Source: Synechococcus elongatus PCC 6301 | Lineage (GTDB): Bacteria > Cyanobacteriota > Cyanobacteriia > Synechococcales > Synechococcaceae | Length of the DNA: 32,000 nt | Direction of reading: 5' to 3' | Assembly: GCF_000010065.1 (NCBI RefSeq) | Contig: NC_006576.1 | Span: forward strand, 2,010,001-2,042,000 | Part shown: piece by piece, positions 1 to 10,048 of the stretch | How the letters are laid out: each line of letters starts with the position of its first letter | Numbering within the stretch: the first letter of the stretch is position 1 | Notes under the pieces: model-generated | Seen by the model: the letters and a program-made list of their open reading frames with translations, nothing else | What the model was told of the DNA's origin: nothing | The model's database searches: none | Position numbers and translations under genes: made by a program

Positions 1-483
1 GAGAATGCTCTGAAGAGCCCGTTCGGTGCGCTCTAAATTGGTCAGTCGGGCTTGTAAATCTGTGAGCTGTCGGGCGACATCCTCCGCTTGAACATTGACG
101 GTATCGACCCGCCCGAGAGCCCGAAAGGCGGCGATCGCGGTCTCTAACCGGTCTGCGGGGATCCGCGCCTGCAGGGTGGCACTGGGGGAATCGCCGCTGG
201 ACTCGGTCTGCTGCAAAATGTCCCCCTGCTCTCGATTCACGATCGCTTGCGCCGACCGTACCGCTGTGGGCACATCTTGAACAGCCAGTTGCATCGTGGC
301 TGTCTTAGCGAGTTGGGGCCGAGGGGCATTAGCACGGGGAGCCTCAGCTGCTTGATTGGCTGCTGCCTCGGGCACCACACTGGGCGCCGAGGCAGGTGAA
401 CTACTGGTTTCAGTGCAGCCGCCCAAGAGAGCACTGCCCGTCGCCACTAAGGTAATCAGAGACAAGGAGAGAGAACGCTTCAC
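1..483 (-). CDS. DUF4349-like lipoprotein (N-terminal part, truncated by window edge)
   Basis: GTG start at 483 (reverse strand), open to window edge for 161 codons: VKRSLSLSLITLVATGSALLGGCTETSSS... signal peptide with lipobox LLGGC, then AIVNREQGDILQQTESSGDSPSATLQARIPADRLETAIAAFRALGRVDTVNVQAEDVARQLTDLQARLTNLERTERAL, resembling the DUF4349 pattern. Absent from ORF track. Confidence 0.75.
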   Translation of the reverse strand, partial: MKRSLSLSLITLVATGSALLGGCTETSSSPASAPSVVPEAAANQAAEAPRANAPRPQLAKTATMQLAVQDVPTAVRSAQAIVNREQGDILQQTESSGDSPSATLQARIPADRLETAIAAFRALGRVDTVNVQAEDVARQLTDLQARLTNLERTERALQSIL

Positions 484-537
484 GGCCTAGGGCCTCCCAG
501 CAATACCCCCAAGCTGCCCTAGGTGAACGACCGCTGG

Positions 538-1068
538 CTAAGGGGTCTGTGGCAGTTCTACAACCTCTGCAAGGGCAAGGGCTTCAGCACTGCGATCGCT
601 GGTCTGACAGGAGACAGGCAGCTCTTGGTTGAACAGAACCATGGTGGTGGTGGAGTTGACCGAAAAGCCGACTTTTTCGTAAAAGCGCTGCTGGTGCGTG
701 GTCATCAGATAGACCCGTTCCGCATGGCTGACGTGGGGGTGGCTGAGTACCGTCTCGACCAGCTTGCGACCGATGCCGCTCCCTTGAAAGTCTGGATGGA
801 CGATCACATCCCAAATGGTGGCGCGATAGATGCCATCGGAGGTGGCGCGGGCAAATCCAAGCAGGCGATCGCCAATGTGAGCGCTGACGACCGGCTCACT
901 ATTGCGAACCGCAATCTGGAGTTGTTCAATGCTGCGATCGCGGCCCCAAAAGGCCGTCAGTTCAAACAGGCGGCGCAGTTGCTCAAAGTCCAAACGTCGG
1001 GCTGCACTGTGACCACCCCGAAACTCCTCTGGAGTATGGATTTGGTACACAACACGGCTGTTGCTCAT
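538..1068 (-). CDS. GNAT family N-acetyltransferase (Ycf52/NSI-like)
   Basis: 176 aa; acetyl-CoA binding region IWDVIVHPDFQGSGIGRKLVETVLSH and C-terminal FYEKVGF typical of GNAT enzymes. Confidence 0.85.
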   Translation of the reverse strand: MSNSRVVYQIHTPEEFRGGHSAARRLDFEQLRRLFELTAFWGRDRSIEQLQIAVRNSEPVVSAHIGDRLLGFARATSDGIYRATIWDVIVHPDFQGSGIGRKLVETVLSHPHVSHAERVYLMTTHQQRFYEKVGFSVNSTTTMVLFNQELPVSCQTSDRSAEALALAEVVELPQTP

Positions 1069-1237
1069 AGTGACGTGACCTCGAAGGGACTGCCGGCAGC
1101 CCCAGAACAGAAAGGGAATCTTAACTATTCCCCAGCATAGAGTCCGTGTCGAGTTTCAGGGCGATCGCTCGGGGCAATCGGCAAGCTGGCTCGGGTGACA
1201 GCGATGAGGTCGCGATCGCCCCTAGACTGGGACTGCA

Positions 1238-1753
1238 ATGATTGCTGTCGCTATGCCTCGGCGTTTTTCTCTGTTGTTGTTTGCGATCGCTTGTACGGTC
1301 TGCTTACTGCTCGGCAGTGGCCTAGAGCGTTTGCAAGCCGCGACCTATGTCCCTGTCGATACAGTTGACCCAATCCAACCGCGCTATGCCTTGGGACAGC
1401 AAGCCTATCGAGAAAGCTGTGGCAGTTGCCATGTGGCGTTGCCGCCGGAAGTCTTGCCAATCCAAACCTGGCAAATTTTGCTGAACGACACGCAGCATTA
1501 CGGCACGATATTACCTGCCATCGATGTGCCGACTCAGCGACTGATCGGGAATTACCTACGGGCTTACACGCGATCGCTCGCGGTCGGTGAAACAGTCCCC
1601 TACCGTCTCCGCAATTCAGTGCTGTTCCGATCGCTTCACCCCCAGGTGAATGTGCCGAGTACAGGACAAATCAATAGTTGCATCAGCTGCCATCCGGCCG
1701 CATCTCAATTTTCCTATCGGCAACTCTCTCCCGAGTGGCAAAGCAGCCGCTGA
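1238..1753 (+). CDS. Secreted diheme cytochrome c-type protein
   Basis: 171 aa; N-terminal hydrophobic signal; two CxxCH motifs (CGSCH and CISCH). Confidence 0.85.
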   Translation: MIAVAMPRRFSLLLFAIACTVCLLLGSGLERLQAATYVPVDTVDPIQPRYALGQQAYRESCGSCHVALPPEVLPIQTWQILLNDTQHYGTILPAIDVPTQRLIGNYLRAYTRSLAVGETVPYRLRNSVLFRSLHPQVNVPSTGQINSCISCHPAASQFSYRQLSPEWQSSR

Positions 1754-1984
1754 GGGAGTCTTGCTAACACGACAAACCGTTGCTCAAAGCTCTGGAGAAA
1801 ATCTAGGGCTTTTACTTTCGGCCTAGGTTGATTGCCACAAGAAATTGGTTGATTTTTGTTTCTTATTTGTACGCCAACTCAGTTGACGATCCTTCCTTGC
1901 TATCAATCCTTAATAAGTTTTGGAGCTGATAACTCAGGTAGGGATCCGAAAGTATAGTGAGTGGTTGTTTCATCTCACTCGGCT

Positions 1985-3400
1985 ATGAGTTCCTCCATTG
2001 CCAAAAGTGTTCAGAGCCATATTGATGAAACGCCTCCCCGTCCTCTGAGCTCCATGCAGTGGCAAATCTGGAGTTTGGCCGCGATGGGGAAGCTATTTGA
2101 AGGCATGGTGATTTTTATTACCGGTGTAGCTGTTCCATTGATTGAAAGAGACTTTAATCTCTCTTCTGCACTCAAGGGCTCTGTTGCGGCGGCATCTTTG
2201 TTGGGAATCTTGATTGGAGCTTCCCTGTTTGGCAACTTGGCCGATCGCTATGGGCGAAAGTTTGTCTTCGTCATTGAGATGGCAATTTTTACAATTGCGA
2301 TCGCCCTATCCGCTGTAGCTTGGAATGTCTCGGCTTTAATTTTCTTTCTGTTTTGTAGTGGCTTGGCCCTAGGGGCCGATTATCCTATTGCCCATATTAT
2401 TGTGTCTGAATCAATTCCCAGCCGATTTCGTGGCCGGATGGTATTGGGAGCCTTTGCCTTTCAATCTGTGGGATCTCTGGCTGGTGTATTGATTGGCCTA
2501 CTGGTTTTGCGAATTTATCCAGAAGTAGGTGCTTGGCACTGGATGTATGCAGCTCTTGTGATTCCAAGTATCCTTGTCTTCCTGATGAGAACTAAACTAC
2601 CAGAAAGTCCTCACTGGTTGGTCTCTCGCAAACAGTTTGAACTCGCTCATCGGGCGGCTAAAGCATTGCTGCAACGGCCTGTAGCGATCGCTCAGAATGA
2701 TTCCGATGGGGAGCGGCAAAATCCCCGACTCGGCTACAGAAGATTATTGACGCCTCGATACCTAAGAGCGACAGTTCTTACTGCTGTTCCTTGGTTTCTT
2801 CAGGATCTAGCAACCTATGGAATTGGAATTTTTACACCTACGATATTGGCAACATTATTCACAAAAGCTCAGCCTAACTTTGTCCTTCAAGACATGATTG
2901 CCACAGAAGGTTCAGGCCTTATCGATCTATTCTTGCTTGTGGGCTTTGCTGCTTCTATCCCGTTGGTTGACAAATTTGGGCGTATCCCCCTGCAGATCAT
3001 TGGCTTTATTGGCTGTTCGGTTGGACTCATCATTGCTTCTCTGTCGGCAGTGAGCATCCCAGAAAGTCATGAGCTGAGGATTCTCTTCATTTTTGGTGGA
3101 TTTATTCTTTTCAACTTCATGACTAATTTGGGGCCGAACGCAATGACCTACGTTTTGTCAGGGGAAGTATTCCCTACAGAAATACGAGGTGTCGGAGCGG
3201 GCTTTGCTGCTTCTTTTGCCAAGATTGGTGCGGTTGCCACAGCCTTCTTCTTCCCAATCCTGCGTGAGCAAATTGGAACAGTTGCTCTGCTGTGTGGTTT
3301 GGCTGTCACATCGCTCTTGGGTGCGCTGGTAACATTTCTCTTTCGAATTGAGCCCAATGGCCACAGTCTTGAAGAATTAAGCGAGAAGCCTCTTGTTTAG
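1985..3400 (+). CDS. MFS transporter (sugar/metabolite:H+ symporter-like)
   Basis: Many TM segments; MFS signature GNLADRYGRKFVFV and a second loop motif PLVDKFGRIPLQ. ORF extends to GTG 1961, but ATG 1985 is the more likely start. Confidence 0.85.
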   Translation: MSSSIAKSVQSHIDETPPRPLSSMQWQIWSLAAMGKLFEGMVIFITGVAVPLIERDFNLSSALKGSVAAASLLGILIGASLFGNLADRYGRKFVFVIEMAIFTIAIALSAVAWNVSALIFFLFCSGLALGADYPIAHIIVSESIPSRFRGRMVLGAFAFQSVGSLAGVLIGLLVLRIYPEVGAWHWMYAALVIPSILVFLMRTKLPESPHWLVSRKQFELAHRAAKALLQRPVAIAQNDSDGERQNPRLGYRRLLTPRYLRATVLTAVPWFLQDLATYGIGIFTPTILATLFTKAQPNFVLQDMIATEGSGLIDLFLLVGFAASIPLVDKFGRIPLQIIGFIGCSVGLIIASLSAVSIPESHELRILFIFGGFILFNFMTNLGPNAMTYVLSGEVFPTEIRGVGAGFAASFAKIGAVATAFFFPILREQIGTVALLCGLAVTSLLGALVTFLFRIEPNGHSLEELSEKPLV

Positions 3401-3541
3401 CAGTTGTCAGTCACTCAGATCTCTGTCAATCAATAAGAGTCAATAATTTTTTGGAGACAATTCTGAGCTGATGATTTGGATAGTGTGAATGTTAATTAGC
3501 CGCGTTCATTTGATTTCTGGTTTCTGTATTTTACCTGGTCG

Positions 3542-3976
3542 ATGATCTTCGCCGAGCGATCGCTCTGGATAGGCATTGGTTTTCAGCAGGCAGCGACAGT
3601 CGCAGACTTGCAGACAGCGATCGCTCAAGCCTGTGGACAACTATCGATTTCGCGGGCGGCAATCGCTGGATTAGCCAGCCTTGAGCACAAGTTGCCCTCT
3701 TTGACGGCGATCGCTCAGCCATTTCACTGGGAACTGCGGGGCTTTTCGGCAGCGGAATTAGCAGCGATCGCGGTGCCTCATCCCTGTTCTAGAGTTGCAG
3801 AGCAAATGCAAACTGCTAGCGTCGCCGAAGCGGCAGCTTTAGCAGCAATTCAACCGCAGGCAGGGATTCTCCTGTTACCGAAGCGAGTCTTTCACCTGAA
3901 TCAGACCGCAATTACCCTGGCGATCGCGGCCCCAGTCCCCGTCCAGCCGGGTGCTAGCATCCCGTCAGGTCTTTGA
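3542..3976 (+). CDS. CobE/CbiG C-terminal domain-like protein (cobalamin biosynthesis-related)
   Basis: 144 aa; WIGIGFQQAATVADLQTAIAQA... LASLEHKLPSLTAIAQ... SVAEAAALAA matches the pattern of the CbiG C-terminal/CobE domain. Confidence 0.65.
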   Translation: MIFAERSLWIGIGFQQAATVADLQTAIAQACGQLSISRAAIAGLASLEHKLPSLTAIAQPFHWELRGFSAAELAAIAVPHPCSRVAEQMQTASVAEAAALAAIQPQAGILLLPKRVFHLNQTAITLAIAAPVPVQPGASIPSGL

Positions 3977-5526
3977 GCTTGGGCATGGCTGATCCGCTCC
4001 TAGAAATTCGGCAATTGCAAATCTGCTTTGGAGAGGCGATCGCTCTGCAAGGATTGGATCTGGTGGTTCAGCCTGGGGAATCTGTCGGAATTGTTGGCGA
4101 ATCGGGGTCTGGTAAATCGGTTGCTTGCTTGGCCATTCCGGGCTTGTTGCCCAAGACGGCCCGCTGCAGTGGTCAGATTGCCTTTCGATCGGTAGCGGGA
4201 CAATCCAGTCGAGATCTCTTGACGCTACCAGAACGCGAGTTGCGACAGTTGCGGGGCGATCGCCTCGGCTTCATTTTTCAGGAGCCGCTTAGCTCTCTCA
4301 ATCCAGTTTTTAGCGCCGGTTTTCAGCTGCTAGAGGCCATCCAACAGCATTTGCCTTTGAGTCAGGCGGAAGCCCAACAGCGAGTGATCGCGCTCCTTCA
4401 GGAAGTTCAGCTGATTCGCGAGCCGTCTCAGGCTGCCCAGATTCTGCGACGCTATCCGCACCAACTATCTGGCGGGCAGCGTCAACGCTTGATGATTGCG
4501 ATCGCCCTAGCGGCCAATCCCGACCTCTTGCTGGCAGATGAACCGACGACAGCTCTGGATGCCACGGTGCAAGCCTCAGTGCTGCAACTGTTGCGCCGCC
4601 TGCAGCAGCAACGGCAGATGGCGATGATTTTTGTCAGTCATGACCTTGGGGTGATTGCCGAAGTCGCCGATCGCGTCGTGGTGCTCTATCGCGGCCAGGT
4701 CGTTGAGCAAGGTCGAGTGGCCGACGTCCTGAATTCCCCTCAGCATCCTTACACTCAGGGGCTGGTGGCTTGCCGACCGCAGATCAATCCCCGCAGTTGC
4801 TATCTCCCCACCGTTGCTGATTTTCTGGAAGGCCAAACCGAACCGCGATCGCTGCCACCCCGATCGCCAGCCACCCAGCCGCTGTTGCAGGTCGAGCAGC
4901 TTGGCATTACCTATCGTGGTCGTAGTACGGCTTTTCAGGCGGTGCAAAACCTTTCCTTTACCCTGCCCGCCGGTTTGACCCTAGGACTCGTGGGCGAGTC
5001 GGGCTGTGGCAAAAGTAGCTTGGCTCGCTGTCTCGTCGGGTTAGTTCCTGCGAGTGAGGGGCAAATTTGGCTCGATCAACAGCCGCTTGATCTGCGATCG
5101 TCGCGCGATCGCCAGCGACTTCGCCAGACGGTACAAATGGTCTTTCAAGATCCGGCGGCAGCCCTTGATCCACGCTGGACCGTGGGATCCGCGATTCTAG
5201 AACCCTTGCGGATCAAACAACCGCGCCGCGATCGCACCGCTGATCAACGCCTGCTTAAACAATGGTTGCAACGGGTCGATCTGCCGACAGATATCGGCGA
5301 TCGCTACCCCCACGAGTTTTCCGGTGGCCAGCGGCAGCGCATCTGTATTGCCCGCGCCCTGATTGGTCAGCCGCGCTTGCTAATTTGTGATGAATCGGTT
5401 TCAGCGCTAGATGTCTCGGTGCAGGCGCAAATTCTCAACTTGCTCAAGCAACTGCAGGCGGAGCTGGGGTTGACCTACCTGTTCATCTCCCACGATCTCG
5501 CGGTGGTGCGCTACATGAGCGATCGC
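3556..5526. repeat. HIP1 octamer (GCGATCGC) rich stretch
   Basis: About a dozen exact GCGATCGC copies by eye, including 3556-3563, 3617-3624 and 5519-5526. Confidence 0.85.
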
Positions 5527-5649
5527 ATTTTGGTGATGAATCAGGGTCAGCTTGAAGAAGATAGCCCAACGGAGCAACTCTTCCAGCGGCCGCAATCAGA
5601 CTACACGCGCCGCCTGATTGCGGCTATCCCCGGAGAAGTCGCAGCTTAA
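3973..5649 (+). CDS. ABC transporter ATP-binding protein with two fused ATPase domains (Dpp/Opp/Nik/YejF type)
   Basis: Two Walker A motifs (GESGSGKS, GESGCGKS), two signatures (LSGGQRQR, FSGGQRQR), two Walker B (LLLADEPTT, LLICDESVS). Start TTG 3973 or ATG 3985. Confidence 0.9.
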   Translation: MSLGMADPLLEIRQLQICFGEAIALQGLDLVVQPGESVGIVGESGSGKSVACLAIPGLLPKTARCSGQIAFRSVAGQSSRDLLTLPERELRQLRGDRLGFIFQEPLSSLNPVFSAGFQLLEAIQQHLPLSQAEAQQRVIALLQEVQLIREPSQAAQILRRYPHQLSGGQRQRLMIAIALAANPDLLLADEPTTALDATVQASVLQLLRRLQQQRQMAMIFVSHDLGVIAEVADRVVVLYRGQVVEQGRVADVLNSPQHPYTQGLVACRPQINPRSCYLPTVADFLEGQTEPRSLPPRSPATQPLLQVEQLGITYRGRSTAFQAVQNLSFTLPAGLTLGLVGESGCGKSSLARCLVGLVPASEGQIWLDQQPLDLRSSRDRQRLRQTVQMVFQDPAAALDPRWTVGSAILEPLRIKQPRRDRTADQRLLKQWLQRVDLPTDIGDRYPHEFSGGQRQRICIARALIGQPRLLICDESVSALDVSVQAQILNLLKQLQAELGLTYLFISHDLAVVRYMSDRILVMNQGQLEEDSPTEQLFQRPQSDYTRRLIAAIPGEVAA

Positions 5650-5656
5650 ATACTGG

Positions 5657-6364
5657 CTAATGTGAGTCGAGATCTGACTGCTGGGCTTGCCAAGCTTGGT
5701 AAAGGTCGGGGCGCCGATCGCGAGTTCGTTCCAGTTGCTGCTGCCGTCGCCAAGCGGCGATCGCCCCATGATTACCCGACAGCAATACTTCAGGAACTTT
5801 CAGCCCCCGAAATTCTGCTGGCCGCGTGTAGTGCGGATAATCCAGCAAGCCATCGCTAAAACTATCGCAGCGGTGTGATTCTTCCTTCCCAATCGTGCCG
5901 GGCCGCAACCGCAACACGCCATTGAGCAGGGCTAGCGCCGGAATTTCGCCGCAGGTCAGCACAAAATCACCCAGAGAAATCTCCCGATCAATCCAGGTCA
6001 TCACTCGCTCGTCGATGCCCTCGTAGTGACCGCAGACCAGCACCAGCTGCTCCACCGACGTGGCTAAATCTTGAAACAGCGCTTGGGTCATCGGCTCGCC
6101 CTGGGGGCTGAGGTAGATCACCTGTCGAGGGGTAACAACCGGCAAAGACTCCAGCGCCGCTGCCAGAGGTTCAGGCTTGAGCACCATTCCCGCCCCACCG
6201 CCGTAAGGCTCATCGTCTACCTTGTGATGGCGATCGCAGGTGAAGTCTCGCGGGTTGGTGCAGTGCACTTCCGCCAATCCTTTTGCGATCGCTTTGGCGA
6301 TCAGTCCCGATTGCAGGGGGCTATGGAAGAACTCTGGGAAGAGGGTGATCAGATCAAACCGCAT
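5657..6364 (-). CDS. trmD: tRNA (guanine-N1)-methyltransferase
   Basis: 235 aa; MRFDLITLFPEFF, YGGGAGMV, CGHYEGIDER, GDFVLTCGEIPA, GVLRLRPGTIG motifs. Confidence 0.95.
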   Translation of the reverse strand: MRFDLITLFPEFFHSPLQSGLIAKAIAKGLAEVHCTNPRDFTCDRHHKVDDEPYGGGAGMVLKPEPLAAALESLPVVTPRQVIYLSPQGEPMTQALFQDLATSVEQLVLVCGHYEGIDERVMTWIDREISLGDFVLTCGEIPALALLNGVLRLRPGTIGKEESHRCDSFSDGLLDYPHYTRPAEFRGLKVPEVLLSGNHGAIAAWRRQQQLERTRDRRPDLYQAWQAQQSDLDSH

Positions 6365-6369
6365 CAGTT

Positions 6370-6846
6370 CTAAGCAGCCTCAGCGACAGCCGCCAAGGGC
6401 TGCCAAGAAAAGCCGCGATCGCCCCCCATTTCAATCACCACTTTCAACCGTGGCTCAGCCTGAGGCAGCGTCACAAAGTAGCTCAGCTCTTGGGGAGAGA
6501 GTACATGACCTTCCAATAGCCACAGCACCAACCCTTTGGCGTTGGCAGGCAGGTTTTGGAGCGGATAGCCCACCAGCGGCAAAACATATTCAACGCGACC
6601 CACTGCTGCTTCATTGCCGATCGTTTGTTTACCCAAGTGGGGCGGTCGTACCCCGTGGATATCCATCAGAAACTGAGCTGGATCGCCCAGCCCGCGGGCA
6701 CTGTAGGTCAGCGCACTGTAGCCTTTGCTGCGCAGCCGTCGTAGATAGCGACCTTCGTAGCCACCCTCAAGCGGGGCATAGACGGCTAGGGCACCCTCTT
6801 GTTCTAAGGCCCGCAAAAATTTGCTGCCAGTGGTGATCAATGCCAT
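6370..6846 (-). CDS. ndhN: NAD(P)H-quinone oxidoreductase subunit N
   Basis: 158 aa; MALITTGSKFLRALEQEGALAVYAPLEGGYEGRY...HGVRPPHLGKQTIGNEAAVGRV...VVIEMGGDR typical of cyanobacterial NdhN. Confidence 0.9.
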   Translation of the reverse strand: MALITTGSKFLRALEQEGALAVYAPLEGGYEGRYLRRLRSKGYSALTYSARGLGDPAQFLMDIHGVRPPHLGKQTIGNEAAVGRVEYVLPLVGYPLQNLPANAKGLVLWLLEGHVLSPQELSYFVTLPQAEPRLKVVIEMGGDRGFSWQPLAAVAEAA

Positions 6847-7510
6847 TCAGACCTTCCTCGGGTAGCGTGATTGCTGGATACAGTCGCAGTGACCTTGCTT
6901 ATTTTGGCCTAGGCGGTGCTGGCGCGGATCTCAGAACTGACCAAAATCGGGACAACAATTTTTATCGTCGCTATTGATCAAGTTGCCGAACCGAATAGTT
7001 GGGGCTCAAGTCAGCTGGTTCTGTTGGCAAAGATCGCTGGGGCCTTGAAAGCAATCCCTCCCAACCCTGTATGTACTAGCCGGCATCGACAGGCTGCGTC
7101 TGTGAGTCCTTTTCGATCTGCGATCGTGGGCACTCTACTCCAGCTTGAAGCAATCAAAAATCTCCTTACCGTATCGGTAGACACGATTCAGCAAAATGGT
7201 GTATTGTTTATATTTGTCGCTCTGTTGCGGTAAGCACGACCCAACGCTCTCGTGCCTAGGCCGCTGCAAACCAGCGATAATTTCGTTGCCGACCGGAAAA
7301 CGCTCTGGCAATTTGCAAGATTAGTCTTGCAGTTCAGGATACTGAAGTTTTGCTTCAAGTCCTTGCCAGTCAGATAGCAGGTTTCACCAGCGATCGCCTC
7401 CCACGTCGACACGAATAATTGCTTGGGGATGAAACATAACCTGTTTCACCCGCTCGGGCTGCTTTGCAGTCTGAGAACCTCGTAGCGTTGATGCAGGAGT
7501 CTCATTGACC

Positions 7511-8152
7511 GTGTCTATCGGTATACTCGGCACCAAGCTCGGCATGACCCAGATTTTCGATGAATCTGGCAAGGCAGTTCCCGTAACTGTCATTCAGGCT
7601 GGGCCTTGCCCAATCACTCAGATCAAAACCGTGGCGACGGATGGTTACAACGCCATCCAAATCGGTTTCTTGGAAGTGCGTGAAAAGCAACTGTCCAAGC
7701 CCGAGCTAGGTCACCTCTCCAAAGCAGGTGCACCGCCCCTTCGTCACCTCTTGGAGTACCGCGTTCCCAGCACCGATGGTTTGGAGCTGGGTCAAGCCCT
7801 GACCGCCGATCGCTTTGAAGCGGGTCAAAAGGTGGATGTGCAAGGTCACACCATTGGTCGTGGTTTCACCGGTTATCAAAAGCGTCACGGTTTTGCCCGT
7901 GGCCCTATGAGCCACGGTTCGAAAAACCATCGTCTCCCCGGTTCGACGGGTGCAGGGACGACGCCGGGTCGCGTCTATCCCGGTAAGCGGATGGCCGGTC
8001 GCTCTGGCAACGACAAAACGACGATTCGCGGCTTGACCGTTGTTCGAGTCGATGCAGACCGTAATCTGCTTCTAGTCAAAGGTTCGGTTCCGGGTAAACC
8101 AGGCGCTCTGCTCAACATCACGCCCGCCACTGTGGTCGGGCAGCAGGCCTAA
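7511..8152 (+). CDS. rplC: 50S ribosomal protein L3
   Basis: (M)[19 protein letters not shown]...; GTG start 7511 favoured by homology over TTG 7505; AGGAG at 7495-7499. Confidence 0.96.
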   Translation: MSIGILGTKLGMTQIFDESGKAVPVTVIQAGPCPITQIKTVATDGYNAIQIGFLEVREKQLSKPELGHLSKAGAPPLRHLLEYRVPSTDGLELGQALTADRFEAGQKVDVQGHTIGRGFTGYQKRHGFARGPMSHGSKNHRLPGSTGAGTTPGRVYPGKRMAGRSGNDKTTIRGLTVVRVDADRNLLLVKGSVPGKPGALLNITPATVVGQQA

Positions 8153-8196
8153 GAAGATGTGGGCGATTGCAGAACTGACTCGTTTGGTGCAGAAGC

Positions 8197-8829
8197 ATGG
8201 TTGATTACGTCATTCAGGATTGGCAAGGCCAAACCGCAGGCAACATCACAGTTGAGCTGCGGGTCGCGAAGGAAGAAAGTGCTGCGGCGATCGTGCACCG
8301 CGCCTTGATTCGTCAGTTGGCCAATGCACGCCAAGGGACCCACGCCAGCAAAACTCGTTCGGAAGTTCGGGGCGGTGGTCGCAAGCCTTGGAAACAAAAA
8401 GGAACGGGTCGCGCCCGTGCCGGTTCGATTCGGTCTCCCCTCTGGCGGGGCGGCGGTGTCATCTTTGGGCCCAAACCCCGCGATTACAGCGTCAAGATGA
8501 ACCGCAAAGAGCGTCGTTTGGCGCTGCGGACTGCCCTGATCAGTCGGAGTGCGGATCTGGTGGTTGTGCAAGAGTTTGCCGACCAAATCAGCCGCCCCAA
8601 GACCAGAGATGTCGCTGAAGCCTTGACTCGTTGGGGCGTTGAGCCCGGTGTCAAGGTTCTGTTGATCACGGCCGATCGCGACCAAAACGTTGAGCTGTCG
8701 GTTCGCAACTTGCCGAATGTCAAATTGATCACGGCTACGAACCTCAACATTTTTGATCTGCTGAATGCAGATCGCATTGTCAGCACCAGTGCAGCGCTGG
8801 AGAAGATTCAGGAGGTCTACGGTGGCTGA
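8197..8829 (+). CDS. rplD: 50S ribosomal protein L4
   Basis: 210 aa; [42 protein letters not shown]. Confidence 0.97.
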
Positions 8830-9124
8830 AGCTAATATTCGTGCACTCGCGGATATCATCCGTCGCCCGATCATCACCGAGAAGGCAACGCGCCTACTGG
8901 AAAACAACCAGTACACCTTTGAAGTCGATCCCCGCGCGAGCAAGCCTGAAATCAAGGCTGCGATCGAAGCCCTCTTCCAAGTCAAAGTGGTGGGTTTAAG
9001 TACGCAGTTACCACCGCGGAAAGCTCGTCGTGTTGGCCGTTTTGCCGGTCACCGTGCCCAGGTCAAGCGAGCTGTTGCCCGCTTGGCTGATGGCGACAGC
9101 ATCACGCTCTTCCCCGAAGTTTGA
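8822..9124 (+). CDS. rplW: 50S ribosomal protein L23
   Basis: GTG start 8822 overlapping rplD stop; [49 protein letters not shown]. The ORF track start at 8765 is too far upstream. Confidence 0.95.
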
Positions 9125-9153
9125 GTCGTCGCAAGTAGGAAATCACCAAGATT

Positions 9154-10017
9154 ATGGGAATCCGAGCCTTTCGGCCCTACACACCGGGAACCCGCGAACG
9201 CGTCGTCTCTGACTACGCTGAAATTACGCGTAACGAGCCTGAAAAGTCGCTGCTGGTTTCCAAGCATCGGCGTAAAGGCCGCAATAACCGCGGTGTGATC
9301 ACCTGCCGTCACCGAGGCGGCGGTCATAAACGTCTCTATCGCATCATTGACTTCAAGCGGGACAAGCGAAACGTTCCCGGCAAAATCGTCTCGATTGAGT
9401 ACGATCCGAACCGGAATGCTCGTATTTCGCTGGTCTATTACGAAGATGGCGAAAAGCGCTACATCTTGACCCCTGCAGGGGTTCACGTTGGCACGCCGAT
9501 TATTGCTGGCGATGAAACGCCGATCGAAGTCGGCAACGCCATGCCCTTGCAAAACATCCCCCTGGGTACCACGGTTCACAACGTTGAACTTGTGGCTGGC
9601 AAGGGCGGACAAATTGTTCGTGCGGCGGGTGCTTCGGCTCAAGTCGTTGCGAAAGAAGGCAACTATGTAGCACTCAAGTTGCCCTCGACCGAGGTGCGCT
9701 TGGTTCGCAAAGAGTGCTACGCCACGATCGGTGCGGTTGGCAACGCCGAAGTCCGCAACACCAGCTTGGGTAAAGCGGGCCGCAAACGCTGGCTCGGTCG
9801 CCGTCCGGAAGTGCGCGGTAGCGTCATGAACCCGGTGGATCACCCCCACGGTGGTGGTGAAGGTCGGGCGCCGATCGGTCGCAGTGGCCCGGTCACCCCT
9901 TGGGGCAAGCCAGCTCTGGGTCGGAAAACACGGAAGAAGAACAAGCAGAGCGATTGCTTGATTCAGCGTCGTCGCCGCAAGTCTTCCAAACGGGGTCGCG
10001 GTGGTCGCGACGCGTAA
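9154..10017 (+). CDS. rplB: 50S ribosomal protein L2
   Basis: 287 aa; [22 protein letters not shown] ... [18 protein letters not shown]. Confidence 0.98.
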   Translation: MGIRAFRPYTPGTRERVVSDYAEITRNEPEKSLLVSKHRRKGRNNRGVITCRHRGGGHKRLYRIIDFKRDKRNVPGKIVSIEYDPNRNARISLVYYEDGEKRYILTPAGVHVGTPIIAGDETPIEVGNAMPLQNIPLGTTVHNVELVAGKGGQIVRAAGASAQVVAKEGNYVALKLPSTEVRLVRKECYATIGAVGNAEVRNTSLGKAGRKRWLGRRPEVRGSVMNPVDHPHGGGEGRAPIGRSGPVTPWGKPALGRKTRKKNKQSDCLIQRRRRKSSKRGRGGRDA

Positions 10018-10048
10018 GGCTTCTGCTATTCACGGACGGAGTTGAATT

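Noticed and set aside
523-1140. 205-aa forward ORF opposite the GNAT gene
   Set aside because: The reverse frame carries clear GNAT motifs; the forward translation has no recognisable domain.
6916-7233. 105-aa forward ORF in the ndhN-rplC gap
   Set aside because: TTG/GTG-type start, no recognisable motif, weak codon character; treated as non-coding unless conserved in relatives.
8149-8985. 278-aa reverse-strand ORF over rplD-rplW
   Set aside because: Antisense shadow ORF spanning two certain ribosomal protein genes.
9049-9849. 266-aa reverse-strand ORF over rplB
   Set aside because: Antisense shadow of a highly expressed, codon-biased gene; no protein-like features.
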